This document shows, one piece after another, positions 10,449 through 19,750 of a stretch of 64,000 nucleotides of DNA. The notes under the pieces were generated by a model. It saw only the letters and a program-made list of their open reading frames with translations. It was not told where the DNA came from and did not search any database. Position 1 is the first letter of the stretch, and each line of letters starts with the position of its first letter. The position numbers were made by a program, and so were the translations under genes. This stretch comes from a virus (Duplodnaviria > Caudoviricetes): IMG/VR virus record IMGVR_UViG_3300033066_001786, positions 49,119 to 113,118 of that record. One strand, given 5' to 3'.

Positions 10449-10978
10449 TAAGCCAAAAATACGCAGGTAGTTTTAAAACTAGTAGCTTATATCCGCCATT
10501 TGAGGAAATTGCAAATATATTTGGTGAATTTTTATTTTATTACAGCCAATACAAAAACGAATTCGCTCAAGACATCAATAGTATTGCAGACTTACTGTTA
10601 TTTGCTCAGAATATTGAAAAATACAAAACAGTAGGAAAGTTAAAACACGGTTTTGTCCCATATCCGAATATATGGTATCTACAAGAGGAATTACGTGCTG
10701 GTCTGCCAGCATATGTAGATATGAGATTTAACGATTTTGTTATTGAAATAAATAATTTGTTAGGTAAATCTCATTTAAATGATCAACGTATAACTAATCA
10801 ACAAGTTGAAATTCAACGTCTTAAGGTTCAACTTGAAGATAGTGATAGAAAAATGGAAGAATTACAAAACCAGATAAATAGCATTGTAAGCAACAACGAT
10901 AGGTTGCATACTTTTCAAAAACGAGTAAGGAGAACAGCAATTAAACGTTCGCATCCTCCTATAAAAAATAAAACATGA
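10445..10978 (+). CDS. Hypothetical protein with C-terminal coiled coil
   Basis: ATGA-coupled ORF. Confidence 0.65.
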   Translation: MISQKYAGSFKTSSLYPPFEEIANIFGEFLFYYSQYKNEFAQDINSIADLLLFAQNIEKYKTVGKLKHGFVPYPNIWYLQEELRAGLPAYVDMRFNDFVIEINNLLGKSHLNDQRITNQQVEIQRLKVQLEDSDRKMEELQNQINSIVSNNDRLHTFQKRVRRTAIKRSHPPIKNKT

Positions 10979-10988
10979 GGAAATATAA

Positions 10989-11684
10989 ATGTCATTTAAT
11001 AAAACAAAAACTGACCCAGAGTTAGGAAGAAAAGTTCACGCACATTTAAGATCTTTGGGATTAGAAACCCCAGTAATAGACAGCAAATTAAATGTTGATG
11101 CAAAAGATAAAATCGAAAGCATCGAGAAACATATGACTAAAATTTTAGAAACTATGGGTATGGATTTATCCGACGATTCGTTAATCGAAACACCTAAGCG
11201 TGTTGCAAAGATGATGGTGTTAGAACAAGGGTGGGGATTAAAACCTGAGAATTTCCCGAAATGTACTGTAGTTGATAATAAAATGAACTACGACGAGATG
11301 GTAGTCGAGAAGTGCTCAGTAAACTCAATCTGCGAACATCATTGGATTTTCTTCGGTTCCATACATAGTCCGGAATTGGGCGCGTGGATAGCGTATATCC
11401 CTAAGAAAAAAGTAGTAGGATTAAGTAAGCTAGGTAGGGTCATGGAGTATTTCTCTGCAAGGCCGCAAATACAAGAAAGACTTACTCAGCAAGTATTAGA
11501 AACTTTAAAATTTATTTTAGAAACAGAAGATGTTGCCGTTGTTATAAAAGCCCAGCATTTTTGTGTTCTTACTCGCGGAGTTGAAGACGCACAAGCAAAC
11601 ACTATTACAAGTGCGTTATCGGGCTCGTTTAAAACAGATTTACAAACTAGGTCAGAGTTTATGGCCCACATACGGAAAGGCTAA
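10989..11684 (+). CDS. folE: GTP cyclohydrolase I
   Basis: DDSLIETPKRVAK, CEHH, GLSKL.R, RPQIQERLT, HFCV..RG. Confidence 0.96.
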   Translation: MSFNKTKTDPELGRKVHAHLRSLGLETPVIDSKLNVDAKDKIESIEKHMTKILETMGMDLSDDSLIETPKRVAKMMVLEQGWGLKPENFPKCTVVDNKMNYDEMVVEKCSVNSICEHHWIFFGSIHSPELGAWIAYIPKKKVVGLSKLGRVMEYFSARPQIQERLTQQVLETLKFILETEDVAVVIKAQHFCVLTRGVEDAQANTITSALSGSFKTDLQTRSEFMAHIRKG

Positions 11685-12868
11685 TGTTTTTCGGTATACT
11701 TACACTTTTAACATCGTTGCTGTTAGCTCTGGTATCGGGTTGGTTCTCGATAGCAGGGCTGATGGCTATCTTCTCCGGTATAAAAGTTGCAGGTCTTGCA
11801 GCAGGTGTAGTGTGCGAAATTGGTAAGTTAGCAGGTGTAAGTTGGCTGTACCGCACATGGTCTGATAAAGTTTGGTTTAGATACCCATTACTTCTTGTTA
11901 CTATTGTGGCAATGTTTGTTACTAGCTTCGGTGTTTTCGGGTATCTATCTAAAGCACACAATGACCAAGGTGCACCAGTTGCTAATAGTTACGCTATGAT
12001 TAAAAACATAGACGAAAAGATAAACCGAGAAAAATCTAAAATAATCGATTATCAGCGAAATCTAGATATATTAGATCAACAGTTGCAAGTGTTAATCGAA
12101 TCTAAGAAAGTAAACGATACAGGTAAAAAGAAAGGCGTACTATCTGTTAAACAAGATCAACAAAACGAAAGAGATCAGTTATCTGCCAGTATTAAACAAT
12201 CTAGAGAAATAACTGATTCGCTCGAAAATGAGAAATTAAAAATCAGCCAAACTATACGTGATTTTGAAATAGACGTAGGTCCAGTTTTATATATTGCTCA
12301 GCTTTTTTATGACAACCCAAAAGATAATTTAGAAAAAGCAGTTAAGATAGTAGTGTTGTTAATAGTAATAACATTAGACCCTATGGCAATATTACTACTT
12401 ATGGGTGCAAATCATATATTCCTTCGAAGGAATGCAAATCTTGTGCAAAATACTACCGAAATAGTAGAAGAAAATAGCAAAAAAACAGAAGAAGATTTAC
12501 ATTCTCAAATCAGCGAAGAAGAGTTAAACGAATCTGCCATTGCATCGTCGTTGAGTATCGAAGAACAATTTCTTGCAGATGCAGAGTTAGGCAATGAAGT
12601 AATAGCAGATTCTTTTGATTATAATATTGCCGTAAAACCGTATACTAGAGATATTAGTGATTTGGAAGGGTTATGGGCAGTCGATCAAAAAACTGACGAA
12701 AAAATAATAGCCGAAAATAAAGAGCAAGAACCTATTCAGATAAATACACATACTAGTAGATATGGTTCTCAAAGAAACCACGACGAAAAGATTGCAGAGG
12801 CCCGGCAGAAAATAAGCCAGAGCCCTAAAAATTGGATAAATAGTTTAACAAGACCCAACAATGAGTAA
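11684..12868 (+). CDS. Membrane protein with long coiled coil
   Basis: Several N-terminal TM helices, FGYLSKAH, coiled coil, DPMAILLL TM. Confidence 0.7.
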   Translation: MFFGILTLLTSLLLALVSGWFSIAGLMAIFSGIKVAGLAAGVVCEIGKLAGVSWLYRTWSDKVWFRYPLLLVTIVAMFVTSFGVFGYLSKAHNDQGAPVANSYAMIKNIDEKINREKSKIIDYQRNLDILDQQLQVLIESKKVNDTGKKKGVLSVKQDQQNERDQLSASIKQSREITDSLENEKLKISQTIRDFEIDVGPVLYIAQLFYDNPKDNLEKAVKIVVLLIVITLDPMAILLLMGANHIFLRRNANLVQNTTEIVEENSKKTEEDLHSQISEEELNESAIASSLSIEEQFLADAELGNEVIADSFDYNIAVKPYTRDISDLEGLWAVDQKTDEKIIAENKEQEPIQINTHTSRYGSQRNHDEKIAEARQKISQSPKNWINSLTRPNNE

Positions 12869-12873
12869 CTTGC

Positions 12874-14091
12874 ATGGCTGCACCTATAACTTGCACATTT
12901 TGTTCTAAAGGTAAAAAAGAAGTAAAAAAATTATTTGCAGGTCCTACTCTAAATAAGGTAAAGATATATATCTGCAACGAATGTATAAATTCAGCATATC
13001 AATGTGTAAATGAAATAAAACCCAAAGAAAAAAGTACAGATATTGGCGAAATAACACCCGAAACAATAAAAGCCCACTTAGATGAATATGTGATAGGCCA
13101 GGAATCTGCAAAAAAAGTATTAAGTGTTGCAGTGTATAATCATTATAAAAGAATAAATAACCCTTCGTATAACGGGGTAGAGTTAGATAAATCAAATATT
13201 ATAATGGTTGGCCCAAGTGGCACTGGAAAGACTTTATTAGTATCGACCATAGCAAAGATTTTAAACTTACCGTACGTTGTTGTAAATTCTACTTCCCTTA
13301 CTGAATCGGGTTACTCCGGTAAAGATGTAGAATCTATATTTGAAAGATTATATATTTCGGCAGGTAGCGATTTAGAATTAGCACAAAAAGGTATAGTCTT
13401 TATAGACGAGATTGACAAGAAAAGTAAGAAAGTTGTGCATGGTTCTGATTCTAGGGATGTATCCGGCGAAGGTGTACAACAAGCATTGTTACGTTTAGTC
13501 GAAGGAGAATTAGTACAAATTGAACATTCCGAATCTATGTTCGAGAATGATACTATTGATTTTAATACTAAAGATGTTTTGTTTATCGCGAGCGGGGCAT
13601 TTATAGGCATAGATGAAATCATACAAAAAAGAGTACACACTGGAAATTCGATAGGTTTTGGTTCGAATTTAAAAAGTAATAAGATGTTAAATGTGTTAGA
13701 ATACATCGATGCAGAAGATTTACACGAATACGGAATGATTCGAGAATTCGTAGGAAGATTTCCAATCATTGCCCCGTTGCATGATCTAGATGTGAATTTA
13801 TTATCTCAAGTTTTAACTGAAACTAAAAATTGTCTAACATTACAGTATGCGAGTTTGTTCTCGATGGACGGTGTTGATTTGACATTTGATAAGGATTTTA
13901 TTGGTAGCGTATCGCGGCAATGTATATCTAAAAAAGTAGGCGCAAGGGGTTTAAGATCTATAATGGAAAAAGTGTTACAACCTGTACAATATGAGTTACC
14001 ATCCCTGAAAAAGAAAGGCATTAAAAAAATACATATAAATTCAACCGGCGAAGCAATTTGCCAAAATCAAGTAAAGGAAAATAAGAAGTGA
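12874..14091 (+). CDS. clpX: ATP-dependent Clp protease ATPase ClpX
   Basis: C4 zinc finger, YVIGQE, GPSGTGKT, IDEIDK, RDVSGEGVQQALL, IGF loop, GARGLR. Confidence 0.95.
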   Translation: MAAPITCTFCSKGKKEVKKLFAGPTLNKVKIYICNECINSAYQCVNEIKPKEKSTDIGEITPETIKAHLDEYVIGQESAKKVLSVAVYNHYKRINNPSYNGVELDKSNIIMVGPSGTGKTLLVSTIAKILNLPYVVVNSTSLTESGYSGKDVESIFERLYISAGSDLELAQKGIVFIDEIDKKSKKVVHGSDSRDVSGEGVQQALLRLVEGELVQIEHSESMFENDTIDFNTKDVLFIASGAFIGIDEIIQKRVHTGNSIGFGSNLKSNKMLNVLEYIDAEDLHEYGMIREFVGRFPIIAPLHDLDVNLLSQVLTETKNCLTLQYASLFSMDGVDLTFDKDFIGSVSRQCISKKVGARGLRSIMEKVLQPVQYELPSLKKKGIKKIHINSTGEAICQNQVKENKK

Positions 14092-14333
14092 GTAGCGAAT
14101 TTAGAAAAATGCCAGTTAGAATTTCTGGTTTAGCAGTTGAAGTAAAAAACGGTAACGTTGATAAAGCTTTGCGTTTGCTAAGTAAAAAAGTTCAAAGTTC
14201 GGGTATTTTACGCGAATACAGAGAAAGACAAGAATACGAAAAGCCCTCGGTTAAAAAAAGAAAAGCAAAAAAAGCTGCAATTAAAAAGTATGCAAAAATG
14301 CTCGAGGAAGCAAAGAATCCTACTTACGATTAA
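14088..14333 (+). CDS. rpsU: Ribosomal protein bS21
   Basis: VEVKNGNVDKALRLL.KK...GIL.E.RERQEYEKPSVKKRK. Confidence 0.9.
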   Translation: MSSEFRKMPVRISGLAVEVKNGNVDKALRLLSKKVQSSGILREYRERQEYEKPSVKKRKAKKAAIKKYAKMLEEAKNPTYD

Positions 14334-14339
14334 AACTTA

Positions 14340-14403
14340 CTTGTTATTTTATGCAAAAAAACAATAAATACTATACGGTATATTGTTTTTGCATAAAGAC
14401 AAG
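14340..14403 (+). promoter_or_regulatory. Long hairpin overlapping AATAAATA late-like promoter and masking the SD of the next gene
   Basis: CTTGTT/GACAAG plus TTTATGCAAAAA(AA)CAATA/TATTGTTTTTGCATAAA. Confidence 0.65.
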
Positions 14404-14405
14404 GG

Positions 14406-14843
14406 GTGTTAGTGAGAAGAATGCTATCTTTAAATACCAAAAAAGGTATCATATCTGTAGTTACAGTATTCGTGACTGTGATCATTCCTACCCTTTTTTT
14501 AAAGGTTCCTATGCCTGCTACCCAGAAAGATATACAAGTAGTGGAAGATAAACATGCAAAGTTATCTAAAAGGGTAGACGAATTAAACGGCGACACTGCA
14601 AGAATATACATGATAGAAAAAGACGGTCTTACGAGACTTAGGGATTTCTATGTTGCCCAAAAAATAACAACCACAAAAGCCATGGATAAAATTGTAAAAT
14701 CTGGTGCAGATTTACCAGACGTATATCCAACTGAACTTTCCAGGATAGATAAAAATATAAAAGAAATAGATGATACTATAGTATTTATTAATACTAATAT
14801 CGAAAATATTACAATAAAGAAATTTGAAGAAAAAGATAAATAA
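14406..14843 (+). CDS. Membrane-anchored coiled-coil protein (start 14406, 14412 or 14421)
   Basis: Single N-terminal TM helix followed by helical domain. Confidence 0.65.
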   Translation: MLVRRMLSLNTKKGIISVVTVFVTVIIPTLFLKVPMPATQKDIQVVEDKHAKLSKRVDELNGDTARIYMIEKDGLTRLRDFYVAQKITTTKAMDKIVKSGADLPDVYPTELSRIDKNIKEIDDTIVFINTNIENITIKKFEEKDK

Positions 14844-14919
14844 ATTTAAGTATTCCCAATGGCGGGAATACTTAAACTGGCAATGGTGCCAACAAAACTC
14901 GCTTAACAAGGAGAAAAGC
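14835..14919 (+). promoter_or_regulatory. Late-like promoter plus ROSE-like RNA thermometer 5' UTR of hsp20
   Basis: GATAAATA at 14835, then three hairpins; the last pairs CUCGCUU with AAGGAG (ROSE U(U/C)GCU:AGGA signature). Confidence 0.75.
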
Positions 14920-15333
14920 ATGAGTAACAATCTACCATCTGGTCTTTCCAGATTCGCAATCGGTTTCGAACCTATATTCAGAGACATGGAACGTCTAATT
15001 AATACTAGTACGTATCCTCCCCATAACATAATTAAAATATCAGAAGACAATGTTAAAATACAAATTGCAATAGCAGGGTTTGATAAATCGAACGTAGCTG
15101 TTATATTCGAAGAAGGTAAATTAATTGTATCTGCGGATAAACAAACAGAAGAAACAGAGGGAACGTTTGTTCATCACGGTATTTCTACTAGGGCATTTAC
15201 TAAAGAATTTAGTATTTCGGATAAGTTTGAAATTGTAGACGCAGTGATGGTTAATGGTTTACTTGACATTAACCTAAAGAAAAAAGTACCAGATCACTTA
15301 AAACGTAAAGTAATTGAAATTTCGGATTTTTAA
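14920..15333 (+). CDS. Small heat-shock protein Hsp20/IbpA-like
   Basis: IGFE, YPPHNI, IAIAGF, HHGISTRAF, A.MVNGLL.I; start corrected to the ATG after AAGGAG. Confidence 0.93.
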   Translation: MSNNLPSGLSRFAIGFEPIFRDMERLINTSTYPPHNIIKISEDNVKIQIAIAGFDKSNVAVIFEEGKLIVSADKQTEETEGTFVHHGISTRAFTKEFSISDKFEIVDAVMVNGLLDINLKKKVPDHLKRKVIEISDF

Positions 15334-15348
15334 GGTACAAAACAATAC

Positions 15349-15402
15349 TTGACAAATACCCTACATGGCATTATGCTGTCTACAGTTATTTCCATGTAGG
15401 GT
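15349..15402 (+). promoter_or_regulatory. sigma70-like promoter with 11-bp inverted repeat covering the clpS RBS
   Basis: TTGACA-N17-TATGCT; ACCCTACATGG (15358-68)/CCATGTAGGGT (15392-402). Confidence 0.7.
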
Positions 15403-15408
15403 TAAATT

Positions 15409-15720
15409 ATGTCAGCTAATTCCGATGTCGCCGAAATTGTTGCAACCAAGAAACAACAAAAAGTTAAAAAACCATCAATGTATAATGTTATTTTACATAA
15501 CGACGACAAAACTTCTTTTGAGTTTGTTATTGGAATACTAACATATGTGTTTCATAAAGACATCGAAGAAGCAGCTGAAATTACAACTAATGTTCATATT
15601 AATGGCCAAGGTGTAGCAGGCACTTATACTCAAGAGATAGCCGAGCAAAAAGTGCAAGAAACTGTTAGTCTTGCAAAAGCAAACGGTTTCCCGTTAGTTG
15701 CAACATGCGAGCCTAACTAA
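15409..15720 (+). CDS. clpS: Clp protease adaptor ClpS
   Basis: PSMYNVILHNDDKT.FEFV, VH..G.GVAG, AEQK, FPL. Confidence 0.95.
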   Translation: MSANSDVAEIVATKKQQKVKKPSMYNVILHNDDKTSFEFVIGILTYVFHKDIEEAAEITTNVHINGQGVAGTYTQEIAEQKVQETVSLAKANGFPLVATCEPN

Positions 15721-15731
15721 ACCAATAATAT

Positions 15732-15796
15732 AAACTCCTGTTGTTTTTGATAAATATCTGTAGTTGTTCTTCTGGTATTTAAAAACGAAGGAGTTT
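15732..15796 (+). promoter_or_regulatory. Late promoter (15747-56) within an SD-masking hairpin
   Basis: AAACTCCT/AGGAGTTT and GTTTTT/AAAAAC flank TTGATAAATA. Confidence 0.7.
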
Positions 15797-15798
15797 GT

Positions 15799-16086
15799 AT
15801 GAGAAGGAAGTCGCACTTTAAAAATTGTAAAGAGTTTCCATCTTACCATTATGCTGTTAAATTAGGACTGCAATTAAAGGAATTAGCAAAACAACAAGGT
15901 TTTAATCCGAAGTGCATTAAGATATTAAGTAAAGAAGAAGTGCTCGAACACGGTACTGGCCCGGCAGATGCACAGCTCATATTCGTTGATATGCCAGACG
16001 ATTGGTTAACAGAAGTGCATCTGTTGCAAGATAGTGAAATTTCTGTTATTATAGACAATAAAATTATATCGGTATTTAATGTATGA
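15799..16086 (+). CDS. Hypothetical protein
   Basis: 95 aa, strong SD. Confidence 0.65.
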   Translation: MRRKSHFKNCKEFPSYHYAVKLGLQLKELAKQQGFNPKCIKILSKEEVLEHGTGPADAQLIFVDMPDDWLTEVHLLQDSEISVIIDNKIISVFNV

Positions 16087-16385
16087 TAAATTTAAATAAT
16101 TTTGGCGTAATGTATAATGCACACGATAAGACAACTGGCAATAGTGTTTCGATAAACGTGATTTATTTAGATGAAATTTTAATGGCTTGCAACAAACACG
16201 AAGATTTTAAAAAAGGTAACTTAGATACTTTCCCGGACTGTTTTACTAAGTTAGATGTTCCTAGCCCATGTCACGTTACTTATTATCGCAGTAAAAATCA
16301 AAGCGAGAACGAATTAATATCCGAAGCAATATCTCAGGCAATTATAGAAAAAAACAATTATGTCTTAATAGACAACATGGATTAA
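16083..16385 (+). CDS. Hypothetical protein
   Basis: ATGA-coupled. Confidence 0.65.
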   Translation: MINLNNFGVMYNAHDKTTGNSVSINVIYLDEILMACNKHEDFKKGNLDTFPDCFTKLDVPSPCHVTYYRSKNQSENELISEAISQAIIEKNNYVLIDNMD

Positions 16386-16386
16386 A

Positions 16387-18162
16387 ATGTTAGATAAAAA
16401 TAATGGTATATTTTTTCTTTTAATGGTAATTTTAGTTGCTGTATTATCAAATTTTGCATCGTATTCTTTTAAATTAACTAAACCTAAAGATACATCGTAT
16501 GTTGTGTTTTTAGACGATTTAAAAAGCGCCAATATAAAAAGCGCCAACATGGTCGGTACAGAACATGTAGTTGAGTATGTTGATAAATTCGACATTTCTA
16601 GACGTGTAGTTTTGCCAAAAGAGTCTAAAGATTACATTGATCGATTTGTAGAAAAAAGCATACCTGTAATTTTAGAAGAACCTAGTAGTAACTTAACATC
16701 TTCATTCTTTTTTAATATTTTTGCATCGTGCGTTCCTGTTATTCTTTTAGTGGGTTGTCTTTTATGGATGGCTAGAAAAAATAGAAGTGAGCCTGGTTTT
16801 GCAAATCAATTTAGCAAATCGAAAGCAAGATTATATAAACCTGACGAATTAAAAGTGACATTAAATGATGTTGCAGGTTGTCAAGAAGATATAACAGAAA
16901 TAGTTGAAATTATCGATTTCCTAAAAAATCCTAACGACTACAAAAATGCAAATGCCGAAATCCCACACGGTATTTTATTATCTGGTCCGCCGGGTGTAGG
17001 TAAAACACATATCTGTAAAGCAATTGCAGCAGAAGTAGGTGTACCTTTTTATTACGTTTCCGGTTCTGATTTTAATGAAATGTTTGTAGGTACAGGTGCA
17101 AGCAGAGTAAGGGATATGTTTGAAGATGCAAGACATAATACGCCTTGCATAATTTTTATAGATGAAATAGATTCTATCGGATCTAAAAGGGGTACTAGTG
17201 CAAACAATAAAGAGAACGATAATACATTGAACCAGCTTTTAGTGCAAATGGATGGCTTTTCGGAATCAGAAGGTATTATAGTAATGGGTGCTACAAACAG
17301 AGTTGACACATTAGATTCTGCATTACTAAGACCTGGTAGATTTGATAGATTGATAAATGTTAGCTTGCCGGATTTTGAAGCCAGAAGAAAAATATTCGAT
17401 TTGTTACTTACTAAAAAAACAATAGCAAAAAATGTAAATGTTGAAAAGTTAGCAAAAGGCACGCCTGGTTTTTCAGGAGCAGAAATATCAAATTTAGTAA
17501 ATGAGGCTGCAATATTTGCAGCAAGAGAAAAAAGATCAACAATCACATCAGATGATTTAGAAAATGCAAAAGATAAAGTTGTAATGGGAATAGAAAGCCC
17601 AAAGACACTAAGCGAAAAAGAAATTACATTAACTGCGTACCACGAGTGCGGGCATGCCATAGTCGGATATCTATCACCCGAACATGATAATGTATATAAA
17701 GTAAGCATTATTCCTAGGTCGAATTCTTTAGGTGTTACTATGTTCCTACCTGAAGAAATATCATATAGTAATAGTAAGGCTAAGTTATTAAGTGAAATTT
17801 CAGCTTTATTAGGTGGACGAGCTGCAGAAGAAATAATGTTCGGTGAAGATAAAGTAACAACTGGTGCAAGCAACGATATAGAAAGAGCAACAGCAATTGC
17901 ATATTCCATGGTTACAAAATGGGGTTTAAGTGATATAGGTATTGGTTTCTTTGGAAAAATATCAAGATACGGAGAATACGAAGTGTCATCTGATATGTCT
18001 AAAAAAATAGACGAAGAAGTACAAAAGATTTTAAATATGTGTTATAATAATGCAAAAGAATTACTAAATGCTAATAAAAACAAATTAATGGAAATGTCTA
18101 CTTTGCTAATAGCTAAAGAGACCTTAGTAGAAGAAGATATAAACCAATTAATGACTAATTAA
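16387..18162 (+). CDS. ftsH: ATP-dependent zinc metalloprotease FtsH
   Basis: Two TM helices, GPPGVGKT, FIDEID, ATNR..LD.ALLRPGRFDR, HECGH, GASND. Confidence 0.96.
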   Translation: MLDKNNGIFFLLMVILVAVLSNFASYSFKLTKPKDTSYVVFLDDLKSANIKSANMVGTEHVVEYVDKFDISRRVVLPKESKDYIDRFVEKSIPVILEEPSSNLTSSFFFNIFASCVPVILLVGCLLWMARKNRSEPGFANQFSKSKARLYKPDELKVTLNDVAGCQEDITEIVEIIDFLKNPNDYKNANAEIPHGILLSGPPGVGKTHICKAIAAEVGVPFYYVSGSDFNEMFVGTGASRVRDMFEDARHNTPCIIFIDEIDSIGSKRGTSANNKENDNTLNQLLVQMDGFSESEGIIVMGATNRVDTLDSALLRPGRFDRLINVSLPDFEARRKIFDLLLTKKTIAKNVNVEKLAKGTPGFSGAEISNLVNEAAIFAAREKRSTITSDDLENAKDKVVMGIESPKTLSEKEITLTAYHECGHAIVGYLSPEHDNVYKVSIIPRSNSLGVTMFLPEEISYSNSKAKLLSEISALLGGRAAEEIMFGEDKVTTGASNDIERATAIAYSMVTKWGLSDIGIGFFGKISRYGEYEVSSDMSKKIDEEVQKILNMCYNNAKELLNANKNKLMEMSTLLIAKETLVEEDINQLMTN

Positions 18163-18163
18163 T

Positions 18164-18427
18164 ATGCTGCCAAAAACTCCAATTCTAGTAATAGGGGAAT
18201 CTTCCTTTTATCACAGTAGGACTTATTATTTAAAAACGAACGGGACTTATTCTTTGCAAGAAATGTACCAATATACCGGTAGCAAAGTAATAGGTATTTA
18301 CCCACTTAAAGAAGATTTCTTAGAAGATGCTGATGCATTAAGCAATATAATGGATTATGTAGACGAAACCGGTTGCTTCCCAAAAGGAACAACTTTATAC
18401 GAAAAGCAAACAGGCGAAAAAACATGA
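18164..18427 (+). CDS. Hypothetical protein
   Basis: 87 aa in operon context. Confidence 0.6.
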   Translation: MLPKTPILVIGESSFYHSRTYYLKTNGTYSLQEMYQYTGSKVIGIYPLKEDFLEDADALSNIMDYVDETGCFPKGTTLYEKQTGEKT

Positions 18428-19203
18428 AGAATATTATAGTATTAGATACAGAAACAACAAATAAAGATAAAAATTTAGCAGAAGTAATAGAATTAGGAGT
18501 AGTTTACTACGACGACAACGAAATAAAAAGTTTTAATAAATTGTATAAACCAAAAGACATAATTTCACCAGAAGTTTCGGCAGTTACAAACATAACTAAT
18601 AAAATGGTCGAAGATTGCGAATATTTTGAAAACTGCGTTGATGACTTAGTTCCTTTTTTACAGTTAGTAGATGCTACTAAAGGTGCAATTGTTGCACATA
18701 ATTCTGCGTATGATTCTGTAGTGCTGTCCCATTACCAATTAGGTTACGATTGCAATGCACCGTGGGTATGTACAATGAGGTTTGCAAAAACACTCTTTAT
18801 CAACGACGAAACGGTAACACAGTATAATTTACCATATTTGCGATATAGATTTGACTTAGACATCCCTGAAAACCTAGAACACCATAGAGCTTCATCTGAT
18901 GCATATATTACTTTGAAACTTTTTGAATATTTAGTTTCTGTTGCAATCGAAAGAAAAGTGTTAACTGCTGACGATACACTTTTAGATCAGATCGTTTCTC
19001 TTACAAGCAAACCACTGTATATGCCACGTATGCCATTTGGAAAACACGCCAACCAAACATGGGATATTATACCGCCTAGTTATATAAAATGGGCACTAAA
19101 TACTCTTGATTGTTTAAAAGACAATGACCCGTTGTACGATGTTGATTTGTCGCACACAATAGAAGTAGTAGCAACAAAATTAATAGAGGAAGGGAAGCTT
19201 TGA
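18424..19203 (+). CDS. DEDDh 3'-5' exonuclease (ExoX/DnaQ-like)
   Basis: LDTETT, VAHNSAYD, HRASSDA, C-terminal MPFGKH. Confidence 0.9.
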   Translation: MKNIIVLDTETTNKDKNLAEVIELGVVYYDDNEIKSFNKLYKPKDIISPEVSAVTNITNKMVEDCEYFENCVDDLVPFLQLVDATKGAIVAHNSAYDSVVLSHYQLGYDCNAPWVCTMRFAKTLFINDETVTQYNLPYLRYRFDLDIPENLEHHRASSDAYITLKLFEYLVSVAIERKVLTADDTLLDQIVSLTSKPLYMPRMPFGKHANQTWDIIPPSYIKWALNTLDCLKDNDPLYDVDLSHTIEVVATKLIEEGKL

Positions 19204-19364
19204 AAATAAAGTATAGGATGAGATATGCGTATTTTCCAATCCGTATTTCAGGGGAATGGGTTTGGCAAATGCACTATTATGTTAGTGAAGACGGCGAGAA
19301 AATAAATCATGCACAATTCGATTTGGATGTCATACATGGAAAAGCTGAACTTATACAAGATTAA
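19200..19364 (+). CDS. Small hypothetical protein (not in ORF track)
   Basis: TTG start overlapping the upstream TGA, 54 aa; YAYFP..W motif resembles ORF 48158. Confidence 0.45.
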   Translation: MKIKYRMRYAYFPIRISGEWVWQMHYYVSEDGEKINHAQFDLDVIHGKAELIQD

Positions 19365-19396
19365 CCAATATGCTTTTTTATTAGAAGCACACTATG

Positions 19397-19669
19397 TTAT
19401 TTTTGTTTATCAATTATGCCTGCTCTTACTTTAACATCTTGTAAGGAACGATAACCCGGTGATCCCTCTTCATATGATTTTGGAACCACTGTAAACTTAT
19501 CTTTTTGTGGTGCGGGCTTTAAAAAAACAGAGGTCGAATTTGGATCTAATTTTTTGTATCTTTTTCTTTCGTTGTTAATCATATTGCTCAATTCTGGATT
19601 ATACACATCTTCTGGTCCAAAATCGCCAAATATGTTATCGTCTTTGTATATGAATTCAAATAGTCGCAT
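19397..19669 (-). CDS. Hypothetical protein, late-like promoter 5 nt before the ATG
   Basis: TGATAAATA on - strand at 19675-19683. Confidence 0.65.
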   Translation of the reverse strand: MRLFEFIYKDDNIFGDFGPEDVYNPELSNMINNERKRYKKLDPNSTSVFLKPAPQKDKFTVVPKSYEEGSPGYRSLQDVKVRAGIIDKQK

Positions 19670-19687
19670 ATTATTATTTATCAGATG

Positions 19688-19716
19688 TTGACAATATTGT
19701 TAAAATGCTATATTAT
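19688..19716 (+). promoter_or_regulatory. sigma70-like promoter for clpP operon
   Basis: TTGACA-N17-TATTAT. Confidence 0.65.
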
Positions 19717-19750
19717 TAACATACTTTTGTAACTTCCCAAGGAGAAGTAT

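Noticed and set aside
16521-16547. AAAAAGCGCCAA tandem repeat in ftsH
   Set aside because: Short in-frame duplication (KSANI/KSANM) with no sign of function.
17052-17909. 285-aa reverse ORF and similar antisense ORFs over clpA, clpX, polB and phoH
   Set aside because: Shadows of well-conserved genes, with no motifs or RBS.
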